64,000 nucleotides of DNA from Microgenomates group bacterium (GCA_049303575.1 JBAQNH010000002.1:572541-636540), one strand, 5' to 3'; numbered from the stretch's first letter, positions 27,381 through 36,439 are shown. Notes: a model not told the origin generated them from the sequence alone. A program made the numbers and translations.

Positions 27381-28173
27381 TTAATTGACGATTAGCAAAA
27401 TGTTCTACCGAAAATACGCCACACTGACCGATTCCTACTTCGGTATATGCAGGATCAAGAATGTTGTCTCGATGTTCCTCGCTGTTCATGTACGCCGTAG
27501 CGGTTCTTTTTGTACTGTTGTTGTAATCTCTAGCGATATTTTCACCAGCATGGTAATAGTCATACCCAGCCTTCTTAATAAAATACCAAGGTTGTTTTCC
27601 ATCAGGAGAGACATGTTCAAAGTAATTGTTGTCTCTCATGTCACACGCCTTGGCCTTTGCTGACTCGTCAAGAAGCTTGTTCTCAGTTAACGGCTTTAAC
27701 CCTACTGCGACACGCTCTTTGTTGATTAACCTAACCATGTCTGTGTAAGAAGAGATCTCGATATACGCCGGATCTATCTTGGTTACTCTGTAGTAGTAAT
27801 TTGATCCATAGAAACCTCCGAATAGCCCGATGGCTAACAAAATCATGCTCTTAGAAATCTTCCCAAATATTGTTTCCCTATCTACACTCTTCACTTTTTC
27901 AGAATGTGTTCCTAGGTTTCGTTTGTCTCGCCGATTTTTGTAAATGATATTAAGATAAAAGAATAGAACCAAGAAAGAAATAATACCTATAATAACAGTC
28001 GATATTAAGATGATATTTTGAATTTCTGTGTATGACCCTTCAGAACTGGCGGAAGAAACGAGAAGAAATAATATTACTGACACAAACCACACCAAAGTAA
28101 ATATCAAGGCCAATTTTGTTTGGTTTATAGCATGTTTTGCCATTACGAAAAGTATAGCTCTACATAATACCAA
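27361..28173 (-). CDS. CAP/SCP (PR-1-like, YkwD-type) domain protein with N-terminal TM anchor
   Basis: LINKERVAVGLKPLTENKLLDESAKAKACDM...HAGENIA...MNSEEHRDNILDPAYTEVGIGQCG...VEHF is the CAP domain signature. Confidence 0.7.
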   Translation of the reverse strand: MVLCRAILFVMAKHAINQTKLALIFTLVWFVSVILFLLVSSASSEGSYTEIQNIILISTVIIGIISFLVLFFYLNIIYKNRRDKRNLGTHSEKVKSVDRETIFGKISKSMILLAIGLFGGFYGSNYYYRVTKIDPAYIEISSYTDMVRLINKERVAVGLKPLTENKLLDESAKAKACDMRDNNYFEHVSPDGKQPWYFIKKAGYDYYHAGENIARDYNNSTKRTATAYMNSEEHRDNILDPAYTEVGIGQCGVFSVEHFANRQLNEKHNL

Positions 28174-28250
28174 TCACAAGCTCATTACTGTGCCTAAAAG
28201 AGTCATATAAAGACAACTTTTCTACAGCGTTTTGCTCAAAATCGCTTTAT

Positions 28251-28475
28251 ATGTCTTTTTACTTCACCAAGCAACTTCGAGAAAACATTGGCAAGAAAAT
28301 AAGAAGAGCCAGAAAAAATAAGGGGTTAAAACAAGTTGAAGTCGCTGTCGAGGCTGGAATGAGTCCTAGCTATTACGGCAAGATCGAAAGGGGCATTGTA
28401 AATCCTTCATTGGAAAAGCTTCACAAAATCATAAAATCACTTGGTGTGAAGTCATCAGACATTCTTCCTTTTTAA
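28251..28475 (+). CDS. XRE-family helix-turn-helix transcriptional regulator
   Basis: LRENIGKKIRRARKNKGLKQVEVAVEAGMSPSYYGKIERGIVNPSLEKLHKIIKSLGV is the canonical Cro/C1-type HTH. Divergent from the CAP/membrane operon. Confidence 0.75.
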   Translation: MSFYFTKQLRENIGKKIRRARKNKGLKQVEVAVEAGMSPSYYGKIERGIVNPSLEKLHKIIKSLGVKSSDILPF

Positions 28476-28488
28476 GGGGACAATCTCG

Positions 28489-29241
28489 ATGTATAGGAAA
28501 ATCAACACTAAGAAACAAAAGGGTGTTAATCTCGTGCCTTTCACAAAAGGCGAAGAAAGTTTATTGGGTCTTCTCGAAGAAGATAAACTATTTGGAATTG
28601 TTGTATTAAATATCAGAAATAAACTTGGAATTCCGGCAAAAGGTTTTACTTCTCCGAACAAAGATCGCGAAAACATCAAGAAGATAGAAACAAAAAAACT
28701 TATTAGAGCATCCCACACTCTTTGCAGACTATATAACCTACCTGTTTACTGGGCACCAACCTTTCACATCTACATACTACTAAACAAGACAATAAAAATC
28801 GATGAGTCGTTATATTACAAACCGATCACCATACGCAAACAAAATAACAAGGTGCTCTTGGAAATAAATGAAAGGATTTCAATTAAAGAATTAGGCAGAA
28901 TCTTACAGTTAAACAGCTCCGAATATAAAGACAAAACCAAAAACCTACCACAAAGACCAACCAAAGAAATCAAAAACCTAAAAATACGCAAAAAAATCTC
29001 TCAAGTGGTTTCAATTTTTAGAGATAATCCAAAACCTCAGCCCTACAAAAAAATTGCTGACTTTTTCAATGAAATACAAATTGACCAAGAAACTACCCTA
29101 GACACCTCTGACGAGTCAGTTCTTAGAGAATATGTGTCCAGAAACGACAAAGAACTAAACAAACAAACTGATGATAAGAAACTTGATCTACTTAAACTTG
29201 TTTTGGGTATACAAGATATAGAAGAAGTCATCAAAGATTAA
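28489..29241 (+). CDS. Hypothetical protein (250 aa) downstream of the XRE regulator
   Basis: Lys-rich. No domain recognised. Confidence 0.45.
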   Translation: MYRKINTKKQKGVNLVPFTKGEESLLGLLEEDKLFGIVVLNIRNKLGIPAKGFTSPNKDRENIKKIETKKLIRASHTLCRLYNLPVYWAPTFHIYILLNKTIKIDESLYYKPITIRKQNNKVLLEINERISIKELGRILQLNSSEYKDKTKNLPQRPTKEIKNLKIRKKISQVVSIFRDNPKPQPYKKIADFFNEIQIDQETTLDTSDESVLREYVSRNDKELNKQTDDKKLDLLKLVLGIQDIEEVIKD

Positions 29242-29523
29242 GCTCGCAACAAAAAAGAGTTACTTTTCTTGTTTTTCAAGTTTTTTCCTAAGCGCAATAA
29301 GCTAAGGAAGAATGGAAAGTTCGACTAATAAATCTCAAACAAGACCAGCGACAAGCGTTGAGATAGTCGATGTGTCTTCAAATTCCCCATTGTTAGATCT
29401 TATTACCTTAATGTCATCTGTCCAAACAAATACACCCGAAGCAAAGCAGAATGAAACTACAATTAGTGACGGAAAAGGCGGCCAGATATACTTATAGCGT
29501 TTTACCAACAAATGTCCATATAA

Positions 29524-31119
29524 TTGGGTCATATGGATGATGTCGAAAAAGAGATTGATTTTACCAAGCTTAGGTATGTACTGTACGCAAGGAAATCAAC
29601 CGTCGACGAATCCAGGCAAATACGTTCGATTCCAGATCAGATTAAAGAGTGTCTCGATTTAGCTCATAGAATTGGCATCAAAATTCAGTCTAAAGACATT
29701 CTGCAAGAAACCCAATCCGCGAAGAAACCTAACCAAAGACCTATCTTTAGAAAGATGCTTAATGACATCAAGAAGGGGTTATATGATGGCATTCTTGCAT
29801 GGAATCCTGATCGTCTAGCTAGAAACATGCTCGAGGGCGGAGAGATTATTGACTTAGTTGATCAAAAAATTATCAAGGATCTCAAGTTCGTAACACATCA
29901 CTTTACTGCAGATGCAAATGGGAAAATGCTTCTGGGTATGGCTTTTGTTCTGTCAAAACAATACTCTGATGACCTATCTCAAAAGGTGACCCGCGGAGTA
30001 AGAAATAGTTTCAAAGAAGGCAAAACCCCAACTCCTAAACATGGTTACCTTAACGAAGACAGACTATACAAGCCAGATGGAAATAGTTTTAAGCTACTAC
30101 AAGAAGGCTGGATAATGAGAAGCGAGGGAGTAGGTATTCAAGAAATAGCAGACTACCTAAACGCTAACGGATACACGAAACGAGTAAAACGAAACGGAAA
30201 AGAAATCAAAATAAAGAAACAGATACTTAGCAAAATCTTTAAAGACCCATTCTATTATGGTGTCTTGGTGCAAGCCCAGAAAGAAATTGACTTACGTGAT
30301 GTGTACGACTTTGAAGCAATGGTAACTGAGGATATTTATAACAAAGTACAGCAACTTTCTTTCCGTAGAATAAAACCTAATAAACAACATCACTCGGCCT
30401 TCTATCCACTGAAGGCACTAATTCGTTGCTCATTTTGTGGAAGCAACATGTATGTATCACCATCGTCTGGAAACACAAGAAGGTATCTTAATGCCAGGTG
30501 TGACAACAAGGATTGTCCTAGAAAAAAGAGGGGAATAAGAACAATTGTTGTTTTTAACTTTATTTACGACTTTCTAGAAAAAGGGTTAAATTTTACCGAA
30601 AAAGAATACAACGAATACTATTCAAAGATGGAAAAACTCTCAGATGTAAAAAGAGAAGAGCTAAATATCGAGATACACAGACATGAAGGCTCACTTAAGC
30701 AAATTGAGTATGATCTAAAAGAAACTTCACTTAACATAGTTAAACTGCCAAAAACCTCACCAGCATGGAAAATCAACAGTCAAGAGATTAACGAGTTAGC
30801 AGATCAGGTTCAGGAGTCAAAAGAGATAATCAAAAAACTCAAACAGAGGCTAACAAACCCGGAAGAAGACAAACTAAGCCTCGAAGACTTCTTGAACCTT
30901 TCAAAAAATGCGGGTGCTGTCGTCAAATCTGCAGACGCAGTAGTAAAAGATCAAATTTGCAGAATTATCTTTACGAACTTTTTTGTTGACGAAGAAAAAG
31001 TAACGTCTTATCAACTAAAAGAGCCTTTCGCTACCCTCATAAAACAACGCGAACTATCTCTATGTCGGGGTGGTGAGACTCGAACTCACGACCCCTGCGT
31101 CCCAAACGCAGTACTCTAG
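29524..31119 (+). CDS. Large serine recombinase (resolvase-domain integrase)
   Basis: N-terminal catalytic domain (LRYVLYARKSTVDES...AWNPDRLARN), recombinase domain, and zinc-ribbon CSFCGSNMYV...ARCDNKDCP. The last 18 codons (positions 31066-31119) are antisense to tRNA-Pro. Confidence 0.85.
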   Translation: MGHMDDVEKEIDFTKLRYVLYARKSTVDESRQIRSIPDQIKECLDLAHRIGIKIQSKDILQETQSAKKPNQRPIFRKMLNDIKKGLYDGILAWNPDRLARNMLEGGEIIDLVDQKIIKDLKFVTHHFTADANGKMLLGMAFVLSKQYSDDLSQKVTRGVRNSFKEGKTPTPKHGYLNEDRLYKPDGNSFKLLQEGWIMRSEGVGIQEIADYLNANGYTKRVKRNGKEIKIKKQILSKIFKDPFYYGVLVQAQKEIDLRDVYDFEAMVTEDIYNKVQQLSFRRIKPNKQHHSAFYPLKALIRCSFCGSNMYVSPSSGNTRRYLNARCDNKDCPRKKRGIRTIVVFNFIYDFLEKGLNFTEKEYNEYYSKMEKLSDVKREELNIEIHRHEGSLKQIEYDLKETSLNIVKLPKTSPAWKINSQEINELADQVQESKEIIKKLKQRLTNPEEDKLSLEDFLNLSKNAGAVVKSADAVVKDQICRIIFTNFFVDEEKVTSYQLKEPFATLIKQRELSLCRGGETRTHDPCVPNAVL

Positions 31120-31138
31120 CCATCTGAGCTACACCCCG
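31065..31138 (-). tRNA. tRNA-Pro (anticodon TGG)
   Basis: Reverse complement CGGGGTGTAGCTCAGATGGCTAGAGT... with C1:G72, anticodon stem CTGCG/CGCAG with loop TTTGGGA, T-arm GTGAGTTCGAGTCTCAC. Confidence 0.85.
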
Positions 31139-31200
31139 ATGCCTATATTTTACCTCAAATGATGTAAAATATATAAGTTCATTCAAGAACAATTGTGTAT

Positions 31201-31277
31201 GGTGGGTGTAGCTTAGCTGGCTAAAGCGCCTCCCTGTGGAGGAGGAGATCGCGGGTTCGAATCCCGTCATCCACCCA
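31201..31277 (+). tRNA. tRNA-His (anticodon GTG) with genomically encoded G-1
   Basis: G-GTGGGTG...CATCCAC-C acceptor with the extra 5' G and C73, anticodon stem CCTCC/GGAGG with loop CTGTGGA, T-loop TTCGAAT. Confidence 0.8.
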
Positions 31278-31395
31278 TAACTCGGTATAGATTGATATAT
31301 ACGTATAATTTGTATATCACTATCGTCTGTCGTTAGTTTTCGTGTTCGGTGCTATAATTCAGGTTAACAAAATCTGTCATAAAGGAGGTGAGATA

Positions 31396-31533
31396 AATGA
31401 TAGAAGCTCTTAGAAAAATAATCAGAGCAGCACTTACATGGAAATGCTGCAAATGCGGTCGCACATGGGCTTGGAATGTGGATCCCTGCAAGTATTGCAA
31501 GCATTCCTATTGTGATCAATGTCAGAGCGACTA
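31396..31533 (+). CDS. Small Cys-rich (zinc-ribbon-like) peptide, 45 aa. Not in the supplied ORF track
   Basis: ATG 7 nt after AAGGAGGTGA. Translates to MIEALRKIIRAALTWKCCKCGRTWAWNVDPCKYCKHSYCDQCQSD (8 Cys in CxC/CxxC arrangements). Confidence 0.4.
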
Positions 31534-31593
31534 AGACAGACAAACGTATTACAATATCCTCAAGAGAACACAAACTTGAGGATTTTTTTATAT

Positions 31594-32226
31594 ATGAGAA
31601 TGACACAAAGCGAATTATCATCTCGACTACTTTATCTCCCAATTGACCTAAAGGAGAAAGTTCTACTATGGCTTGCCTACAAAGGGCTTAAGCCCGTGTC
31701 TGAGATTACTACAAGTAGAAGAGGTAATATATTGAGTCTATTAAGGCGGGGAGTCAAACGCGTGTCTACTTACGATTTCAATTCATCTAAATCCCAAAGG
31801 ATAAAAAGGTGGATTCTAGACGCAGGAATGTATTTTAAACCTGAGTCAGAAGGTAATATGTCCTGGCACGTAGGCAAAGATAAAAGTAAGGTTGAGATTT
31901 CTTCGGAAATAATCCGAAAGTTTGATTTTGAAAATGAGCTCAAAAGCGGGTTGCTTTTTGGCTTTCCAGAAGACTCCGCAAAGGCCTACGCTCATAATCG
32001 AATTGCAAAAGATGATGAACAGATACCAATGGTTTGGCCAAATAATGAGAATTACTTTGATAATAAATATTATGCCCCATATGTCCTATACAACATCCCC
32101 CTTCGTAGTGTTGAAAAAGATAGTCAAACCGCTAAACTGTGGGCAGATACAATCAGAAAAGACGTGCCAAAATTAGCTAAATGGTTTGAAAAAAAGGAAA
32201 AGAATCGTCGTAAAAAAGATAGGTAA
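31594..32226 (+). CDS. Hypothetical protein (about 210 aa from the internal Met; ORF track starts at 31519)
   Basis: Long ORF ending in a basic tail. No recognisable domain. Confidence 0.45.
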   Translation: MRMTQSELSSRLLYLPIDLKEKVLLWLAYKGLKPVSEITTSRRGNILSLLRRGVKRVSTYDFNSSKSQRIKRWILDAGMYFKPESEGNMSWHVGKDKSKVEISSEIIRKFDFENELKSGLLFGFPEDSAKAYAHNRIAKDDEQIPMVWPNNENYFDNKYYAPYVLYNIPLRSVEKDSQTAKLWADTIRKDVPKLAKWFEKKEKNRRKKDR

Positions 32227-32497
32227 GCACAAAAAATTCTCTAGGTTTAGTGGTCTGCGCACAAAATAGTCCTAATATTTCATCATCAAGAACCAGAAGT
32301 TTGATGTTACCAGTCACACACATACGTTGGGACGGTTTTTTATTGCCAAAAAATACAAAGGCACGAGATTGTTAATTTGATATAAAAATTACATATTGCT
32401 ATACTGAAACCATGAAGAACATTAGGGGAAACAAGGTAGTACGATTAATAATTATTGCCGCACTTATTCTTGTCGCGGTTTACATGCTTTATTCAAT

Positions 32498-32911
32498 TTG
32501 GTAAAACATATGGCTATTCCAAAATTTAAACCTCTCGCCAACACTTCCCAAGGAACTAAAAATATTTTAAAACCTGTTCTTATCGGGTTAGTTGCTATTC
32601 TCGCCGCTGCTTTCGGACTAGAATCCACTAATAACGATTTTGACCTGGGTAAACTTCTCAAAGGTTCATCGCTTGAAGAATCAAAGGTGGCTCGTGACGA
32701 ATCAGGAAACGTTCTTTTTGATAAATTGGGAAATGTCACCACCGACAAAACACTAGGCAAAAAATCAAACGATTACAATTGCTCCGACTTTTCAACTCAG
32801 TCGGAAGCTCAAGCATTTTTCCTCAAAGTCGGAGGGACCAAAAATGACGTTAATCGTTTAGATGGCAACAACGACGGAATAGCCTGCCAAGACCTTCCTA
32901 AGGGAGAATAA
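32498..32911 (+). CDS. Membrane-anchored protein with C-terminal Excalibur calcium-binding domain
   Basis: TM helix ([15 protein letters not shown]), then [21 protein letters not shown]...[16 protein letters not shown] (Excalibur DxDxDGxxCE-type motif). Confidence 0.6.
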   Translation: MVKHMAIPKFKPLANTSQGTKNILKPVLIGLVAILAAAFGLESTNNDFDLGKLLKGSSLEESKVARDESGNVLFDKLGNVTTDKTLGKKSNDYNCSDFSTQSEAQAFFLKVGGTKNDVNRLDGNNDGIACQDLPKGE

Positions 32912-32947
32912 GTAATGGAAGATTCTTAAACCAAAATCCAAAAAGAA

Positions 32948-33382
32948 ATGAAAATACTAGTCATTTACGACTCTACCTTTGGCAACACAAAAACAATCGC
33001 CGAAACGATTGCCAAAAACCTCCATAAAGAGGCACAAACAAAATATGTGTTGGACGTTTCCGCAAATGATTTACGAGGTGTTGACGTTCTAATAGTAGGA
33101 GCTCCCATCATCGCCTGGAAACCCTCAGAGAATATGTTTAATTTTCTATCTTCCTTAAAAGATGGTCAGCTTAAGGGAATAAAAGTGACCTCTTTTGATA
33201 CACGGGTCAAACTATTCCATGGAGATGCTGCAAAACAAATGCTCAACACTCTTCAAGACACTGGCGGACAACAGCTTACTCCACCACAATATTTTTATGT
33301 TAAAGGCAAAGAAGGTCCATTATTCAGTGGGGAAGTAGAAAAAGCGGCTACCTGGGCAAAAACATTGGCTAACTTACTGTAA
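32948..33382 (+). CDS. Flavodoxin-family protein
   Basis: MKILVIYDSTFGNTKTIAETIAKNL...VLIVGAPI is the flavodoxin FMN-binding fold signature. Confidence 0.7.
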   Translation: MKILVIYDSTFGNTKTIAETIAKNLHKEAQTKYVLDVSANDLRGVDVLIVGAPIIAWKPSENMFNFLSSLKDGQLKGIKVTSFDTRVKLFHGDAAKQMLNTLQDTGGQQLTPPQYFYVKGKEGPLFSGEVEKAATWAKTLANLL

Positions 33383-33397
33383 TCTTAAGTCTCCCAA

Positions 33398-34081
33398 TTA
33401 GGCAAACGTTATTACCTCACGCTTAGCAAGTCTATAAATCAAAGCCGGTCTATGGGCTAACCCCGACTTTCTTTTGCCCGTAGATACCAACAATCCCGAG
33501 GCTAGTATCCATTTTCTGAAATTGCGCTTATCAATCGTTTTCCCATAAATTATTTCGTAAATATTTTGCACTTCAGACAAAGAAAAATTATTTGGCAACA
33601 AACCAAAGGCGATGTTGCTGTAACTAATTTTGCTCTTTAACCTCTTAAAACCAAAATTGATAATCCGTTTATGGTCAAAAGCCATTTTAGGCAGGCCATC
33701 AACAGGAAAATATTTTGCCTCTTTGACTTCACTCTTTTGAATTTTTTTGATCTCCGTAATTGGGGCCAAAGCATAATAGGAAACCGTGATTACTCTTGTT
33801 CTCGGATCACGCTTGGGGTCACCAAACGTAAAAAGTTGTTCTAAAAATAAGTTTTTAACGCCACACTCTTCATATATCTCTCTGGCAGCTGCTGAGTCCA
33901 GATCTTCCTCCATTCTTACGAATCCTCCTGGCAAAGCCCAGTATCCCTTGAACGGCCAGGCCGCTCTCTTTATCAGTAGTACTTGGAGTTTATTGTCCTT
34001 TATTGTAAAAAACAGCACATCAACCGTCACCGAGGGCTTTTTAAAAACTTTCTCTTTGTATTCTTCTATAGTGTCGGTCAT
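33398..34081 (-). CDS. NUDIX hydrolase domain fused to a C-terminal winged-helix domain (NrtR-like)
   Basis: Nudix box ALPGGFVRMEEDLDSAAAREIYEECGV, followed by about 90 aa typical of NrtR-type C-terminal DNA-binding domains. Confidence 0.65.
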   Translation of the reverse strand: MTDTIEEYKEKVFKKPSVTVDVLFFTIKDNKLQVLLIKRAAWPFKGYWALPGGFVRMEEDLDSAAAREIYEECGVKNLFLEQLFTFGDPKRDPRTRVITVSYYALAPITEIKKIQKSEVKEAKYFPVDGLPKMAFDHKRIINFGFKRLKSKISYSNIAFGLLPNNFSLSEVQNIYEIIYGKTIDKRNFRKWILASGLLVSTGKRKSGLAHRPALIYRLAKREVITFA

Positions 34082-34111
34082 ACACCAACTCTAGCACTAG
34101 CTTGGTTAATG

Positions 34112-35341
34112 TCAAGCGAACTCCTTTTCTACAACCTCCCAAAACTTATACGCCCCATCTGGGCCAACCTCTCCAGACTTAAGATTTTCATCAGAAAATT
34201 TATATTTCCCCGAGCTCATTCGTGAAAAAAGACCCGAATCCACTCCCCACATAATAAAGTCGGAAGCTAACTTTGGATCATCCGACAATCGAATCGCTCT
34301 GGGGATCAGTTTTTTTGTACCAAGCATCAACCCTTGTCGTTTTAAAAACTCCACGTTCTCATACTCTTGACGACCGACCGGAGAAGTAAACAGCAACAAA
34401 CTTCCCCCTATCAAGTCCGGAGAAAGTATTGCCTTAAACGACTGTTCGCTGGGTTTGGTAATTTCCAAATGCATCAAGTTTTCCTGATATAGCAACTCAT
34501 ACAGACTAATCATTTCGTTATCATTTTTCCCGGTAATCAAACGTACGTGGGGAAGCTTAGATAACTTTGATAAGAACATCTCGGTGTACACTGCTTTTCT
34601 CACCAAAACCCAAAAGTGAAAGCGACTCGACTTGGTTAACATCATTTTAATCAAGTTCGCAATGAAAGTCTGACCAACCGCGGCTCCTGAAATTGGAATG
34701 GCGACATTTATCGGCATATCCACTGACTCAAAAGTAGCTTGTCTTTTTTCGGAACCGGGGGAAATAGATTTCGTTAATGTCGGACATATTGGATAGGGGA
34801 CAACCGAGAACTTTAGATTCATCTTTTTTTTCTTGGCGTAAGTCTCCAGCTCGTTCTTTGTGTCATTACTGGGCACAAAGGTAAGATCCGTCCCCTTAAT
34901 ACACCAAATATGCTGAGAAGTATCGTCTGTAACCTGAACCACTAAACGTATTTTTATTCCGGTTTCTTTCATCAACCGTTCTTTTACTTCACCAATTTGG
35001 TGGGCCATACCAAAATGAGTTGCCACCACCAAAATCTCATCAACTCCTTTTTGTTTCGCCACAATTTCTTTAAACTGTTCGTATATCTGTCCGCTAGACT
35101 TAATCAACACCCACCGATATATCACCGTAAAAATATCTTCCAGAAAACCATACTGCAGCGTCGTAAAGATCCACTTCGCAATTGGATTGGTGCTGGTGAA
35201 ACGATGAATGTTAGTGATGAACTTATCGTAAGATCCGAGCATGATGTATGGATACTTCTTCGGTCTGCTGTCAACCAAGGCATCAGTAACTCTCAAGTGG
35301 CCAAGCCCAGCGGGAGCGTAGGTAAAAATCAAAAGTTTCAC
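34112..35341 (-). CDS. GT-B fold glycosyltransferase (MGDG-synthase/MurG-like, GT28-type)
   Basis: N-terminal IFTYAPAGLGHLRVTDAL Gly-rich loop and two-Rossmann-domain length. Specific substrate not assignable. Confidence 0.5.
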   Translation of the reverse strand: MKLLIFTYAPAGLGHLRVTDALVDSRPKKYPYIMLGSYDKFITNIHRFTSTNPIAKWIFTTLQYGFLEDIFTVIYRWVLIKSSGQIYEQFKEIVAKQKGVDEILVVATHFGMAHQIGEVKERLMKETGIKIRLVVQVTDDTSQHIWCIKGTDLTFVPSNDTKNELETYAKKKKMNLKFSVVPYPICPTLTKSISPGSEKRQATFESVDMPINVAIPISGAAVGQTFIANLIKMMLTKSSRFHFWVLVRKAVYTEMFLSKLSKLPHVRLITGKNDNEMISLYELLYQENLMHLEITKPSEQSFKAILSPDLIGGSLLLFTSPVGRQEYENVEFLKRQGLMLGTKKLIPRAIRLSDDPKLASDFIMWGVDSGLFSRMSSGKYKFSDENLKSGEVGPDGAYKFWEVVEKEFA

Positions 35342-35400
35342 TAATATCCAATATATACGATATATACAATTAAAGGATAAGAAAGTGAGAAATTTAAATG

Positions 35401-35474
35401 TGGGTCAGGCGGGACTCGAACCCGCGACACCCTACTTAAGAGGCAGGTGCTCTAACCAACTGAGCTACTGACCC
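35401..35474 (-). tRNA. tRNA-Lys (anticodon CTT)
   Basis: Reverse complement GGGTCAGTAGCTCAGTTGGTTAGAGC..., anticodon stem CCTGC/GTAGG with loop CTCTTAA, T-arm GCGGGTTCGAGTCCCGC. Confidence 0.85.
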
Positions 35475-35515
35475 GAACATGAGTATTTTATCATCAAACC
35501 CCCACAATGAGACAG

Positions 35516-35589
35516 TGCTCCAAGCAGGAGTCGAACCTGCAACCAGCGGCTTCGAAGGCCGATGCTCTATCCAATTGAGCTATTGGAGC
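35516..35589 (-). tRNA. tRNA-Arg (anticodon TCG)
   Basis: Reverse complement GCTCCAATAGCTCAATTGGATAGAGC..., anticodon loop CTTCGAA, T-arm GCAGGTTCGACTCCTGC, acceptor TTGGAGC. Confidence 0.75.
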
Positions 35590-35712
35590 TTCCTGTATAT
35601 TTTACTCCAGGAAGCAATAAAAACACCAACCACAAGAGTTATGCCTTAAACCTGCCCCTTGAGGAACAAAACTTGACAGAGTACGCTATTTCTGACACGA
35701 TTAGTTAGTTTT

Positions 35713-36321
35713 ATGATTAAAAAGGGTTTAGTCCTCTTGATTGTGTTTTTAGGCCTTGCCGAGATAGTTTTTAGCATCAACTCGAATTCATTGAACGATA
35801 CAGCCGGTAACTCTTTGTCTCAATTTTCCAATAAAGGGGTTGAAAGAGAGTACACTCTCACCAACTTTGACGATCCGGTAGTCTTTGCCGCCCTTCCTTC
35901 GTTCGACCAACAAATACAAACGTCAATCAAGACGGCTGATGCCAGGTCGGAAATAATTCGTCAATACCTCAATAAATATGGTTCACCTCTCGAACCTTAC
36001 TCCGACCTTATCGTCCAGCTTTCGGATCAATACGACTTTGACTATCGCTGGCTCGTGGCTATAGCCCAACAAGAATCAGGCCTTTGTCTTCATATTCCGG
36101 AAAATTCATTTAATTGTTGGGGGTGGGGGATATACGGCGACAAAGTCACTCGCTTTGATAACTATGAGGACGCCTTAAGAAGAATCTCACCTCAGTTTAC
36201 AAAAATCTTTCTTAAGGGAGATCATTCCAAGGATCCATCAGAGGTCATGAAAACATACACCCCTCCGTCAGATGGCTCTTGGGCGGCTGGAGTTTCCACC
36301 TTTTTCGACGACCTAGACTAG
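35713..36321 (+). CDS. Putative secreted peptidoglycan hydrolase (glucosaminidase/FlgJ-like domain)
   Basis: Signal/TM N-terminus. WLVAIAQQESGLCLHIP...FNCWGWGIYGD resembles the mannosyl-glycoprotein endo-beta-N-acetylglucosaminidase family core. Confidence 0.45.
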   Translation: MIKKGLVLLIVFLGLAEIVFSINSNSLNDTAGNSLSQFSNKGVEREYTLTNFDDPVVFAALPSFDQQIQTSIKTADARSEIIRQYLNKYGSPLEPYSDLIVQLSDQYDFDYRWLVAIAQQESGLCLHIPENSFNCWGWGIYGDKVTRFDNYEDALRRISPQFTKIFLKGDHSKDPSEVMKTYTPPSDGSWAAGVSTFFDDLD

Positions 36322-36356
36322 GTTCTAATGGTAAAATATCGAAGTATTCTTCTCTT

Positions 36357-36439
36357 GCCGAGGTGGTGAAATGGTAGACACGATAGGTTTAGGACCTATT
36401 GCCCTTAAAAGCGTGGAGGTTCAAGTCCTCTCCTCGGCA
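36357..36439 (+). tRNA. tRNA-Leu (anticodon TAG), long variable arm
   Basis: GCCGAGGTGGTGAAATGGTAGACAC..., anticodon stem ATAGG/CCTAT with loop TTTAGGA, T-arm GGAGGTTCAAGTCCTCT, acceptor CCTCGGC. Confidence 0.85.

Noticed and set aside
31364-31642. 92-aa minus-strand ORF
   Set aside because: It overlaps the better-supported Cys-rich peptide (which has a strong SD) and the start of the downstream + strand gene. It has no SD and is AT-rich; likely spurious.
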